The notes below the pieces were generated by a model that saw only the letters and a program-made list of their open reading frames with translations, did no database searches and was not told where the DNA came from. Positions 15,660 to 30,507 of a stretch of 64,000 bases of DNA are shown in pieces. Position numbers and translations under genes: made by a program. The stretch lies in the NCBI RefSeq assembly GCF_009914755.1, contig NC_060940.1; one strand, 5' to 3'. This stretch comes from the human T2T-CHM13v2.0 reference genome, Homo sapiens. How positions within the stretch are numbered: position 1 is the stretch's first letter; the number at the start of each line of letters is the position of its first letter.

Positions 15660-15865
15660 AACCTCAGGAGGTCCTGGTGATCATCTTGCCTCCACAAGGG
15701 AAGCCAGCAAAAAGGAAGGAAGCTGAGAGATGGAGAGAAACCTTCCAGGACCATGGTCAATGTGTACCTGGATACATCCATGCCTGAAGGCCTACTTCTG
15801 ACATTTTCAGTTATGTGGAACCATCAGTTGCGTTTTTGTTAAGCCAATGTAAGTGAGGTTCCTGT
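15660..15865 (+). mobile_element. MLT1-type (MaLR) LTR fragment
   Basis: cctggatacatccatgcctgaag...ttcagttatgtgg...ttaagccaat resembles an MLT1J/K 3' end. Confidence 0.6.
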
Positions 15866-15879
15866 GGGTGGCGGTCAAG

Positions 15880-16900
15880 AGTTCTGCCTGTGCATAGGTC
15901 ATGGAGCAATGCCGGGCCGGGAACTCACAGGCGAGGTGTCGGGTAGCCGCGGGCAGGATTCAGGACTCACTTGCCTGCCATCCTGCGCGCTGGGTGTGAG
16001 TGCCAACCTGCAGAGCCCGACGCACCCCGCGCCCGGCCCCCCGGCAGCAGCGCCTGAGGCTGCTCCAGTGGCCTCATGATGATGGTGACAACGCCGCGGG
16101 GACGGTGGGGACCGGCTCGCACGCATATGGCTTCTTATGGCTGACGCGCCCTTTCACACACACATCGTCCGCAGGCCCTGACGCCCTGGCTCCCGCCTTT
16201 CCCTCCTGCCCCAGGAGGAACCCAACCCGAGCTCAACCCCAGCCCCAACCTCAACCGCTCAGAGGAGCCCAACAGCGCCCGCGCGCCCGCCCGTCCCGCT
16301 GACTAGCCCGCGCCCAGCCAATCAAAATTGGCCTTCTAGGTATGTGACCTTAGCTGGCAGCTGATTGGTCCCTCACGAGAGACGCGGGGTCAGCGGCTCA
16401 GAGCGCGGCTGTGTGGGGCTGCGGGGCTCCCGCCATGCCCGCTGGGGTAGGTCCTGCGGACCCCGGCCACTGGAGCCACTCATCATTTCCGACGGATGGG
16501 CCGGAGGGGCCGCCGGCCGCCCCAGCCAGGGTCTCGGTAGCCTGCAAGGAGAGAAAGAGGTGGGAGCAGCCCGCGCGGGGCCCTGCGTCTTGCATAGGCG
16601 CTTCTGGTAAAATCACTCCTTTATCTCAGATAATGAGTTGGCGCTGGATCGCTGCGTCCTCAGGTGGGGCTCGAATCGTGACTTTTAGAGAAATAGGTTT
16701 TCTTTCTTTTTTTTTTTTTTTTTAACAACATGGGGTTTAAAGGGCGCGGAATTGGAAGCAGTCGTCACCCGGAGGCCTGGGCGTGCAAGCACCGAAGCTC
16801 TGGCTGGCCCTGAGCCTCCCCACCCCACCCGCTCTTTTCGCTGGAACGCGTGTACTTTGGGCAGTTGCTGACGTGGAGACAGGACGTATGTCTTCATATT
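15880..16900. promoter_or_regulatory. CpG island / likely bidirectional promoter of C16orf95
   Basis: Dense CpG; GC-box-like cgcccgcccg at about 16284-16293; CCAAT 16318-16322, ATTGG 16327-16331 and 16364-16368; TGACG half-CRE 16142. Confidence 0.8.
15975..16126 (-). CDS. C16orf95: C16orf95 exon 1 coding part (152 nt), MRASRSPPSPRRCHHHHE...SAQDG(R); GC donor
   Basis: ORF 15899..16126 matches the recalled N-terminus; only the CAG|GCAAGT donor keeps frame with exon 2. Confidence 0.9.
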
Positions 16901-17579
16901 TTAGTAAAACCCAATGCCCTCTGCCTCTCTGATTATGTTCTTTAAGTTATCGCCAGTTCCAATTTGTATTTCTTGGAAACGGTTGGGTCTTCCCTCACTT
17001 TTCAGTATTTTCATGTAGACTCAAATACTCTGGATTAATATTTGTATTTGCCCAAACCATCACGAGCACCTCTTACCCTGATGGGCAATACTTCAGTGTG
17101 CTGCGTTCTGGCCACAGAGCAAACAGGGTGCTCCCAGGCACTGCCCTCTCGGATTTCTTGCCTTGTTATTTAATCATTAAGATCGTGACCTATGAGCAGG
17201 ACTGTTTCCAGCCAGCACATACACATGTCCTCTCCTGGCCAGCATCCATGCTGATTAGACGGTGCCCCTGCCATACTAGCTGCCTAATATTTCAGATACC
17301 CCACCCCGTGTGTGTGTGTAAATCATGTCACTGCCCTCTTTGTAGCTAATGACAAAATTCCAAGAGTCACCATTAGCCTAGCACATTATGCCTGTCTCAT
17401 TTCTGCCCACTTTGGAGCACTCGGCTTCTCTGCTGTTTTCCTCCAGAGCACACTGAAACACTGCCATAGCACAGCAGGGCATAGAAGACAGGCTCATGCT
17501 CCCCTGGACGCTCAGGCCTTCACCTCGGGCACACTAGGTCTTGTCATTCCATGTCAAGAATAGCTCTTCACTGCCCTCA

Positions 17580-18060
17580 CCCACCCAAGAATGGCTAAAA
17601 TTAAAAGGACTGACAATACCTAGTTTGTCGAGGATGTCACAGCTGGAACCCTCATACATGGCTCATGAAATTGATAAAACCACATTGGCAAACTGGTAGT
17701 ATTTACAAAACCTAAACATATGAATACCTGATGACCAACTAATTCCTCAACTCACCCAAGAGAAATGAGAGCTTATGTGTACCAGAAGACATGAACAAAA
17801 CTACCCACAGCAGCTTTCTTCCTGATGGCCCCAAACTGGAAATGATCCAGATGTCCATCCATAGGAAAAAAAGATTTTAAAAAGAAAGTATGGCATGTTC
17901 ACAGAGAGGAAATTCTGTACAACAATGGAAATGGGCACACAACCACAACCCACAACAATGTGGATGAAGTGTACAATGAAGTCAGACCCCAGAATGTACA
18001 GACAATTCCATGTGTGTGATGTTCAAAACCAGGAAAGCAAATCCATCATGACACAGGCTG
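17580..18060 (+). mobile_element. Ancient L1ME fragment
   Basis: gaatggctaaaattaaaaggactgacaatacc...ccccaaactggaaa. Confidence 0.7.
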
Positions 18061-18099
18061 GGGATGTGAAGGAAACTCCAGCCACCCTGCCCCTGTGCT

Positions 18100-18275
18100 C
18101 TGAGTAACAAGGCCTAGATCCCAATCCTTGCTCTGCCTCTTATCAGAGACAGGTATCAGACAAGTTGCCTAACTTTTCTGAGCTTCAGTTTTATGTCTAA
18201 AATAATGATAACCATAGAACCAATCCCAAGGAAGTTTCAGAAGATCAAATATGAAAGAGCATGAAAGGTGCTCAA
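18100..18275 (+). mobile_element. MIR
   Basis: caagttgcctaacttttctgagcttcagtttt..tctaaaat core. Confidence 0.6.
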
Positions 18276-18282
18276 AAACCAG

Positions 18283-18571
18283 GGACTGTCATGGTAGCTC
18301 ACATCTGTAATCCCAGCACTTTGGGAGGCCAAGGTGGGAAGATCTCTTGAGCCCAGGAGTTTGAGACCAGCCTTGGCAACGTAGTGAGACCTCATCTCTG
18401 CAAAAAATTTAAAAATTAGGCATGGTGGCACATGCCTGTGGTCCCAGCTACTTGGGAGTTTGAGGTGGGAGGATCACTTAAGCCCAGGGGGTTGAGGATG
18501 TAATGAGCCATGATTCCATCCAGCCCGGGTGACAGGGCCAGACCCTGTCTCAAGGAAAAAAAAAAAAAAAA
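18283..18571 (+). mobile_element. AluJ
   Basis: Dimeric Alu with A-tail. Confidence 0.9.
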
Positions 18572-19351
18572 GCCAGACAGAGTCCAGCACACGTCAGTTT
18601 GTGACGTGAGTGTGCTTCAGGCTGGAAGTTTGGCCACTACCACTGCCTGTTTTAGGCTTTTGTTTCCAAAGCCCCCAAGTAGAGGGAAAGAGGAGCAGAA
18701 TGAGATCTTTGTGAACCCAAGGTAATGGGTACCCAAGCCAAACCCACAGAACCTCCTTGATCCCAGGGAGAGAGTTGCAGGTTCCTCCCAGATCACACCT
18801 CCCCAGGCAGCCTATACCCAGACAGAAGCAGGGTTCCTGGGCACAGTTGTGTGGTTTCTTCACTAATCAAGGGTCCCTTGCCAAGAACACAAGTGAGGCT
18901 TGCATTTATCCTGTGCTCAGCTAACCAAGTCATGCACCCCAGCCTGGGCCTTAGCCTGCTCCAAAGCAGCGCCATATGTGAACTTACACAGGAGCACCCT
19001 GGGCTAGTGGTGGCCCTGCAGAGAGGCCTGACACCTGAGCAGCAGAAGCTACCACCAGACCAGAGGGGACCATCAACCTGGCTAGACAGGGCAGAGAAGC
19101 AGTGGGCCACTGAGGCAAACAGCCTCACTTTCACCTGCTAATGGCTCCTTCCAACTGCGAGAGTTGCTTGACCCATGTGTGGGGACAGCCATCAGCAGTG
19201 ACAGGGTGGGGTGAATGTTCCAGCCACTCCACTCTGCAGTCAGGACAACTTCAGGACATGTTCTGCACTGGCTCCTGGCATCCCCCGCAGGATGGCTCCA
19301 GCCGCCTGTGTCCTGACCTTCTTGGTCATGCCTGTAGTTCCGCCTCCTGTT

Positions 19352-20120
<769 letters not shown>

Positions 20121-20528
20121 CTGTCTTCCTCTCTTGAAGTAGGAAGCACAGGTATACACACAGTACACAAACAGTATGTCTGTGGTGGTAGAATTTCACG
20201 AGGGTATTGGAAAAACGTCTGATGAGGCTCCTTGGAGGAGCAATAATTGTGCATTATTAGAGGAGCAATAATGCACAAAGGCTGAGCCGCACCCTGCCAA
20301 AGGAGAAAGGCAGACAGACTCCCTGCTGGGAGAGCCCACTCCCCAGACGTTCTGGTTGAGGCTGAACTACGGGGTGGAGAGCAGATCAGGGGCGCCAGGG
20401 GCTGGAGATCTGGGGAGGCAGAGACTGCAGCGTCAGCATGAAGGGATTTTGATGGGGGCTGGAGCACTCCATGTCCTGATGGTGCTTATTTACAACCATC
20501 TGTCATCTCAGAACTGCACACACGGTAA

Positions 20529-21081
<553 letters not shown>

Positions 21082-23194
21082 TAAAAGGAAGGAAAAAGAA
21101 GGACAGCTCAACCCTTTCTCACTAAAGGGCAAAGGACTGCTAGCTGGGCATGTAAAAGTGTGCATTTTCCTGAAGTGTGTTCTCTGGAATCCTCTTCCCC
21201 AGAGATGTTGAAACGGAGGTGCTTTGTTTAGTGCAGTGGCGGCAGATGACAGCCACAGGACAGCTGCTCTGGGGGCCTTGGAAACTACAAATGCTCAAAC
21301 CCCCTCCCCAGGCCACATCTCAGCGTGCGGGAACTGGGGTGTGCATCTCTCCCAACAGCTTCCTGGTGACGCCAAGCTTCACACCCACCCAATCCATGGG
21401 AGCAAACCGACTGGCCTGCATGGCAGACGGTGGCCCACTGGCCATTGCCTCTTTGCTTTGCTCAGGAACTGGGTGGAATGTGCCCGGGGAAGGTAGCCCC
21501 AGAACTGCAGGGGAGCCACGACAGACTCAAGCCTCACGGAAACCCCTTTCCCTGGGCCAGAGTTGGTTCCTGGGTGGCGTGGGGCTGGCTCTGGCCAGTG
21601 AGGAGTCAGCCCCTGCTGAGGTTTCTGGGAATTATGTGTCTCCCAGGTGGAGAGGAAGACAGCTGAGGACACAGCATCTCACTAGCCCCTCCTCACCCAC
21701 CAGGTGCCAGGCCAGGTGTCACCTGAGCCAAGCAGCACACGACCGCCCCTGCCCACTTCCACCTCAGCCCTGACCCTCCCTGCACCTGGGAGTCCACCGC
21801 CTCCTGATGTGTCTGTGATCGGGGCAGCCCCAAGAGCACGTATCCCGGGACATGATGTGTTGTGGTCTGTGTGGGGTCAGAGCCGTCAGTGTTCACTGCC
21901 GCGTGCCCAGTGCTTAGCACTGTTTGCCGCATGGGAGGTGCAGGTCACAACCCGGTAGCGCCTAGTGGCCCGGGGGACACCTGGCTTGTCTGGGCCTGTT
22001 GGCTGACAGGTAGGAGGGACTGCCATCCATTGTTGGGGCAAAGGATGCTGCTCAACCTCCCACAACGCATGGAGCGGCCCGGCGCACGACTCACCCGGCC
22101 CCAAACACCAACTGTGCCGAGGTGATGCCCTGCCCTGAGGCGAGCGTACAAGGCTTGAGCGTCGAGAACACTGCAAGGGTCTCAGCCAGTGAGGGGCTGC
22201 CTGGGCCCCGCCGCAGGCCTGACTCCTAGAGCCAAGCCGTTTTCTCCCTTCAGGCAGTGGGTAGGGCTCTCACATGACGACCCTGGGTTTGCAGCTCGGC
22301 TGTGCACACAGGTGGACCCTCCGTACTTTGTCAGTTCCTACTGCTTGGCCCTGGGGCCGGAAGCTGCTTCTCAGGCCTCACTCTGAGAAGCATCTTCACA
22401 ACCTGGGTAGGTCCATTGCCTCTTTCCACCGACTCTGCTCCTTGACAAGGGCATGTTCATCAGCAGAGCCAGGCAGGGAGAGCTCAGGACAGCCAGACCT
22501 GGGGCCAGTGGCATAGGTACGTGTGGGAAGGGGCACCAGGTGCCTGTCCTCCCTGCGGGCAGAGCCGTCTGTCCTCTGCAGACCTGCAGTTTCTGTAAAC
22601 ATCCTGTAAGGAGCCAGGAAGCAGCAACTCCAGATGCCCAGAGGAGCCCCAGCCAAGGCAGATGCAGCCAGGGCATCAGGCCGTGGGGCTGGGCAAGGTG
22701 AGCCACAGGCTGGAAAGGCAGGGGCGCACGGCAGATGGGGATGCGGAAGCCAGATGCTGACCCAGCTCTACCCACATTTGTGAGGGGCATGGGGGCTGCG
22801 CCGTCAGAGGCCTTAGCTGGCTCCGGGCTTGAAATGTGAGTCCCAAGAGCCCAAGTTTTATTCCCACGTGGCCGCAGCATGCCAGGCTTAGCCTCCCTGT
22901 GTTTCTGTAAAACAGCACCCTCGTGTTTTTATATGAGAACCGAATTCAAGGTACTAGAAGTCCTCATATGGGAAGGGAAAAGTCGTGGTTTTATAAGCAA
23001 TACACTCTGGCTGAGCCCAAGTTAAGATTTCCAGTCCAAGTTCATCAGCGCCTAGCTTCAGCCGGGACTGCTCTGGCCCCACTGCTGTGTGAGCTGGCGC
23101 TTCTGATTCCACCCCACACTCGGTGAAAGGGTCCCAGAGCAACTGACACTGAGCGTCACCGGCGGCGGCTCTTCCTAGAGGAGCATGTTCAGGA

Positions 23195-23370
23195 GAGGTG
23201 AGGCTGCGGGGCTGGGGCCCTGGGCTAATACTCCCTGGCTGTGTGACCCTGGGCAAATTACTCAGCCTCTCTGAGCTGCTGCTTCCTCTCCTGTGGAGTG
23301 GGCTGATCCCAGCCACACCAGCACTCCTGGTTGTTCCGTGGTTAATGTCTGCCAAACACGGTGCCATGGA
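23195..23370 (+). mobile_element. MIR
   Basis: ggctgtgtgaccctgggcaaattactcagcctctctgagc. Confidence 0.7.
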
Positions 23371-24545
23371 GAACACCCAGCAGAGCCCAGCTGCTTGTTT
23401 GCTGGGGAGGGACAGCGCTGCAGGGGCGCCTCCCCCTGGCCCTCCAGCACCTTTCCACCTTGCTTCCAGGACCTCCGCGGCTCAGAGGCAGTGCAGGTGG
23501 GCTTCAGGGACGGCAGGGAGGGCCCACGCCGGCACACAAGGAAGAAGGGAAGGCGCCAGGGATCGCACCCCTCAGGAAGAAGAGGGACGGAGGCAAAGAT
23601 AGGAAGGACACGCATTGTGCCTTCTGTCACTTGGGGATTTTCAAGTCAAAATGGGGAGGGGGCCGGGGTAGGTTTGGAAACTATCCAAATGGCATTTTGT
23701 TTCACATTGCTGGCTGGGGGCAAGCCCTCTGCAGTGACCCTACATGCCCACTAGAGGTCACACCACAAAAGGGGACCTCCCCTAAGGAGGGGGGACAAAC
23801 GGAGGACCCTGGGCACCGTGCCTCCTGCAAGGGGAGGAAGGATGAAGCCCCGCCATCCATCGGGTGGGGAAAGCGCCATGCCTCCGGCAGCACAGCCAAG
23901 CGGCCCCCACAGGGAGGAGTGAGCTCCATATGGGCCCAGGTGACCCGGCCACAACACCCTCTCGGCCTCCGCCTCACCTGCTGGTGTTGGGCATGGCCAG
24001 CCTGGGCAGCCACCAGCCCTCGCTGCCCATCTGCTGTCCCCTCAACCCCAGCAGCAGACAGAAAAGTGCAGGGTCTGAGCCCCCGGGGGGATGCTGGTGT
24101 CGGACAGATCCCTGGAGAACAAAGCCTGTGCCCTTGTGTCTAGGTGAGGCTGCGGCACCCAGGCCCGGAGCAGGTCCCCCCAGCTGGGCCATCCCCACTC
24201 TTGGAGCAAGAGGGGAACTGCAGCAGGAAGCAGCCTTCTACTCGTTCCCCATGACCTTATTTTTTTTTTCATTTTAAAATAAAATATGTAAGAGAAACAT
24301 ATGAAAGACGCCACATTTAGTCCCTTATCAGATCCACACTTCCCCCTGTGACCTGGGAAATCGGGGTGCGTCTCCAGTCTGTGGGGGGCAGGGTCTCGTC
24401 CAGACAGGAGGCTGCATGGTGCTGCTTGTAGCAAGTGACTCGTTTGTGGTTGGCACGCCCAGTGCAGCTGAGGATGACCCCGTGGCTTGGCCCCAGGACA
24501 GGACCCAGGCCCCACAGAAAGGCCTGGAAACAGCAGCAAACCTTA

Positions 24546-24645
24546 GAGAAGGAAACACCCACCACCGGGGACCCACGATCCCCTGCTCTCCCCGGAGAAG
24601 GAAACACCCACCGCCGGGGACCCACGATCCCCTGCTCTCCCTGGA
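24546..24645. repeat. Two copies of a 49 bp tandem unit
   Basis: gagaaggaaacacccacc(a/g)ccggggacccacgatcccctgctctccc at 24546 and 24595. Confidence 0.92.
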
Positions 24646-25889
24646 GGGCACCCAGGAAGCAGCCGCAGCTGGCAGGCTATGTGGCAACCCCGAGACCAGC
24701 GGAGATGGCAGTGGGTGGGCCTGCAGGTCACTGCCCCTGGGCACCGTGTCCTGTCTGAGGGGCTTGTTTCTGAACCACACAGAAAAGAGGGGGGGTCTCG
24801 TAATCCACGGTATCAGGATCAACAGGTGAACAGATGCTAGTTCTGCCATGCGATCCTTACTTTTTAAAGCAAAACAGTTGAAGTTCTACCCTCCGACACC
24901 CCTAGAAGTGACCACACCATTCCCACGCGTATCTTCAGCTTTTCCCCACACATGAATTGATAAAAATTAAGTATTTGCATTTTTACATGTTACACCAATA
25001 CCATCTCTCACTTGTTTTGCAACGGAACAAGGCTGTGTGCCCGTCTGCCAGGTGACAGCATGGGTGGCTCCACCGTAGTCCACCTGCCTCCTTCCGGCCT
25101 GTGACAGTTGTCACAGTGTAGCAATGAACATCCCTGCGTGGCCCATGCCTGGGCTCTCGCGTTGCCCGAGGGTGGACACCTCAGGATGCAGATGCCAGTC
25201 CCTGGGCCCGTGTCCTTAGTGCCATGAGCTAGTACCAGCTGTCCCCAAAACAGCTGCCCCACCTGCGTTCCTGTTCCCCTGCATCACTGCCAACACTTGG
25301 AAAATCACACTTGCCAATTTCTGCCAATCGAGGGTGTACTTTGAGTGCATTACCATGGAAAACATCCTGTTTCTACAATTCCAAGCTAACAGCATTAATT
25401 AGCAGCAGTGACTCACGGGGAGGCTGGGATGAGAACAGGGGGTACTTTCACTGTCTATGCTAAAGAACTGTTTACAAGAACATATTAGTTTAGTAAACAC
25501 AAAAGAAAGATCAATGAGATCCTCAGTTCATCTGCCTGGCTCTCAGCACATTCCCTCCCATATCTGTCCTCGTTGCAGATAATGCAACTCACTTTGGCTT
25601 AAATCTAAGAAAATCTACTGGGGCCCGAACTCCTCTGGGTCCCTGGGTAGGGACTCGAGACACCTCTGATGCCAGGTCAAAGGGAAGGACACAGGGACAA
25701 CCACTGTCTGGGCTCCAAGGCATCCCTTCAATGCTCCCTTCTGTCAACGCGGGAAATCTGACACTTCCTCAAGAAGCTGGCAAGTCTGGGTTCCCAGGCC
25801 GACAGCTCGCATGGCTTAAGGCTCTCGCCTCCGTCCAACTCATATTCCCAAAGAAATCACAAAACACACAACAAGCCTTCAAAAACGGA

Positions 25890-25895
25890 TTTACT
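25890..25895 (-). terminator. Variant poly(A) signal AGTAAA (FBXO31 distal)
   Basis: tttact on plus; strong downstream GU element ttgttgtgtgttttgtg on minus. Confidence 0.55.
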
Positions 25896-26261
25896 TGAAA
25901 CTGTGAGGAGAAACAAGTGCACGGGTGCAGGTGGCGGCTGCCAGGATTGCTCCGGTCCTACCTAGTGGGTGCCTACCCAGGCAGGGCACAGCTCCTGCTG
26001 CAAGGTCACCTTACCAGGGGGTGCAGAGGTGCTCATGATCAGATGGCACAGCGCTTTCCTAATGCAGGCAGGCTACATGGCCCCCAGAAACAACCAAATG
26101 CAGAATCAGGCCAAAACCCACACAGCCCTGACCCCCTCGTGCTCTGGCTGGTCTCCCGGTCAGCAGCCCCTGAGGGCCGGCAGGCAGGCCACTGAGCTGT
26201 GGGTGACACAGGGTAGTCCACGGTTTGCACAGTCTCATTCCCATTCAAAGACAGGCCCCAA

Positions 26262-26599
<338 letters not shown>

Positions 26600-28239
26600 C
26601 TAAATAATTACGGGGATGAGGAGTCCAGTGATGTTCCTGGTCTCTCCCCAGAAGTACAGACAGGTTGGGCCACGTTAACACTGGACTTGATCATGATTCC
26701 AGGAGTTTTATTCTCAGGACAGGTGATGGTTCTATGAGCACATTCCCGTAAGTGTTCTTAAAAGTTACACCACGAAGGCAGCAACCAGAATAGAAACATC
26801 CTAAAAGAGCCTAGCTGCTTTCTGCAGCACCTTGGACGGTGGACCACAGCTCAGCATCTCCTGTTCGCACCCAAGACCCCACGGCCATGAGGACAACACG
26901 AGCTCAGAAGATGCATGTGGGCAGGCGTTCTGAAGTAACAAAGGGGCTGAGGAGTTTCTGCTGCTGTCCGTGACTGCCCACGAGCACTGAAAATGGCCTA
27001 ACCGTGTGCAGGTGAGAAAGCCTGGGGGTGAACACGCCCTGAGGAGTCAGGGAAGCCAGAGCCAGCGGCTGAAGGGCCCTTGCGTGCGGCTGCAGCACAA
27101 CTGCAGGTTCTCAGAGAAAAATCTCCAGCTCAGACCCGGTTCTGCACAAAGCTCAGAATGGAGCGGCCAGCAGGGCATGTGGCTAGAGGAAGGACATGGC
27201 CACCCACCCCTCCCTCCTCGTGTGCCAGGTGGGCTTGCTAGGGGCACAGGTGCCCAGTGTCAGGGCAGGGATGCCACAGAGCCGCAGGCAGACTGAAGGG
27301 GCCCAGGGCATGGTCAGGAACGAAGAAGGAGGGAGCCTGAGGCTCTCCCACCACCAGGCCTGCAAAGCCACTCACACTCAGCAGTGGACACTTGAGGTCA
27401 CGGCCCAGGTGGGCTGAGGGACCCCAATACCACCTGCCTTGAATCTCAGCCTGCAGAAGTCGTTTGCAACTTCCTCATGCAAATGAACATTCAGTGCCGG
27501 CACAGAAAAGCCTCCAATGACCTCTCTGAAATCTTCAATCACATCATTTCCAAACAAGTGACAAAGAACACGTTCAGGTGTGCAGAGCTGCACTGCAGGC
27601 AGCCCCACTCCAGAGAGCAGACTTGATCCTGCCCCAGAGTGAGACAGCGACAGAAAGGCATCCGTGGTGCAAAAGATGGAGAGTCCCAACCTCCCAACTC
27701 CACCTGCCACCTTCCCCAATCAAGCCTAATGCGCTTGGCTGTCCTGAACTGGGTTACTCAGCCTCCTCCTTGGAAACGGTTTTATCCAACTCTCAGCTGC
27801 CCTTAGGCCTCTGATGACGACATCAGCCCTTCCGAGTTCTCACCTGCAGGAAATGGGCCACCTGCAGGATCCCCTGAGAGGGTGGATGCCCTCCCCCGGA
27901 AGGGAAGCTGCTGTTTTGAGGCGCGCAGATTCAGTGCCTGTCCCTACAGAACCGGAGCCAAGAACTGGCTAAGGACACATCGGAGCGGAAAAAACAAGAC
28001 CTGTAGTCACGACTGAAGGGACTGGCTGTGCGGCCAAAAAGGCCTCCCTTTCCTGGCTGTGTGGCTCTGGCCCTGCCTGGCATCACTGCAGGTCACCACC
28101 ATGGAGAGACCCCCGCCCCCAACATACACACCAGAACCAGGAGCCACATGAACTGACCAACAGCCCATGGCTGAGACATGATGGGTGGAAGCTATTTCTA
28201 TACCCAAACACTGGAAGCGTAATTGAGATCTGAGATTCC

Positions 28240-28245
28240 TTTAAT
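28240..28245 (-). terminator. Poly(A) signal ATTAAA (FBXO31)
   Basis: tttaat on plus; GU-rich gtgtttgggt downstream on minus. Confidence 0.65.
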
Positions 28246-28356
28246 CAGAAGCACGTGCGTCCCACAGTGTGCTCTTCAAGCCCCAAAGGGCACGCCTCTA
28301 GGACTGCGTCCCTTAGAGCGAGGCTCGGGCTCTTGGTAAAAAAGCATTTGCTTGAT

Positions 28357-28362
28357 TTTATT
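28357..28362 (-). terminator. Poly(A) signal AATAAA (FBXO31 proximal)
   Basis: tttatt on plus strand, 1.8 kb after the stop. Confidence 0.65.
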
Positions 28363-30174
28363 TAAACAATGGTGAATCTTCAAGGTGCCAGTCTACATGC
28401 CCAACAGTCCTCCAGGCTTCAAGGCCACAGTCACCGTCACTCAGAGACTGCCTCATTTGGCAAGAGAGAAAAACAGTGACCACCACAGAGGGCAGGGAGT
28501 GACAAAGCTTGTAGGCTAATGCTGCAAAAGCCGCTAGAAACTGGGGCCACACACAAGAGCCAGCAGGTGCGCCTCGGGGTCTGCGTGGCTCCCGCTGCTG
28601 CCGCCCTGGAAGGGCGCTTTCTCCACTGGCTTTTCTCGTGAGTCTTTCTCCCAGGCCGGCCAGATTACCATTTAGGAACCTTTGCCAATTCTCTGACTCT
28701 GGGAAGCAAAGTAAGCATTTGCCAAATGCACTGAGGCTGGGCAATGGGAATTCTTATGTTCTTTAAAGGCCAGTCAAGGAGAAATTCATCAGGAAAACAT
28801 TTCCCAGGACATCCTCAGGTTGGTCTCCACACCAAGGCACACAGACTGTCACCTTCCCGAGGTCCCTCACCAGCAGGACGTGTCCAGGGTGCCCAGCACA
28901 AGGACTTGGAGCAGCCCAGACACAAGGACAAGCGGCAGAGAGGGAAGGCTCGCTGGGGACGCCCACTCGGGCACGGAGCTGGCTGTGGGCTGGGGGAAGG
29001 GCCAGCTCTGGACACCGTGCTCTCTGTTCTTCAGGAGATGCCAACCTCAGCCAAGACCTCAGATGGGGTCCCCACACGCAGGTGTTAACACAACATGGGG
29101 CACACAGCAGTGGAGGCATCAGTCCATGGGGTCTCCAGGCTGGAGGGTCCCACTTTCCAAAGTGTGTCCCCAGATGCAGGTGTGGCTTTTCTAGAAAGCT
29201 GTCCCCTCACCTGCAAAGGGGTTTCCTCGTCATCTCATATGGGCACTCCTGGCACCTGTGTGGACCACTCACTGCTTCAGACACACGGGCCTGGAGCCTT
29301 GCGTTCTGGAGACAGTGGCCGGCAGCTTGGTTTTGACGCCGTGTGCGTGCAGGGAGGAAGGCATGGACAAAACAAACGCCCTGTCTGGAACAGGCCGTCG
29401 AGGACAGTCAAGTGGCTGGAACGATGGCCTTGGCTCCAAAGCTGGAGGGGCTGGGGCAGGTGCATGGGCTGGGCTGTGCATTCAGGTGACATTCCCTAGT
29501 GACTCAGGTCACTAAACCCACTCCACAGGTGGGGAAGCTGAGATCAGAGGTGAAATGCTTCTGTCCAAACTCCAAGCAAGCCGGTAGAGAAATGGGGATT
29601 CACTCCAGAGTCCCGGCCCCAAGCCTGAGATCCTACCAACTTCCCGAGCTTGCTCTGCGTACTGTGCCCATCACACCTGCGCTGCCTGAGCTGTTCGCCT
29701 CTTCCTGACCCCCTCCCAGAGGCCACTGTTGCCTGGCTTCCCCCAAAAGGAGTGGGGTGGAGCACATGCGTCTCACACACGACCCAGTCTATCACTCTAT
29801 CCGCTCACAGGAAGAGCACCAGTCAGGAGGGTCCTGCTTCCCGAGAAAACCACCAGCCAGCCCAGGGTGCGGGAACCCCACCGCTTCAATTCTCACGCGG
29901 TCCCACGGCTGTCCCCTACATCTGCTGTATTCAGGCTCGTTCTCTCTGTTTTTGGTAAGACATGCTCAGCTTCTTCCATCATGGCACTGACAAATATGCA
30001 GGTCTATGTCACACTCTCTACATAAAGTGCTGGGGGGTGGCTGGACTGGGCCCCCCGACGAGGTGTGCGTTCTGGTCAAAAGGCCGGATTTCCAAAGTGC
30101 ATGCTGCTTCTATTCACAGGTCAGAGTTCAGAGCCCCAGAGCCACCCGGGATGTGGCGGCAAGGATGTGGCCGG

Positions 30175-30507
<333 letters not shown>

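Noticed and set aside
23198-24277. Overlapping ORFs up to 260 aa in the intergenic region
   Set aside because: Stop-poor GC-rich DNA partly within a MIR; open in several frames on both strands; no splice or domain support
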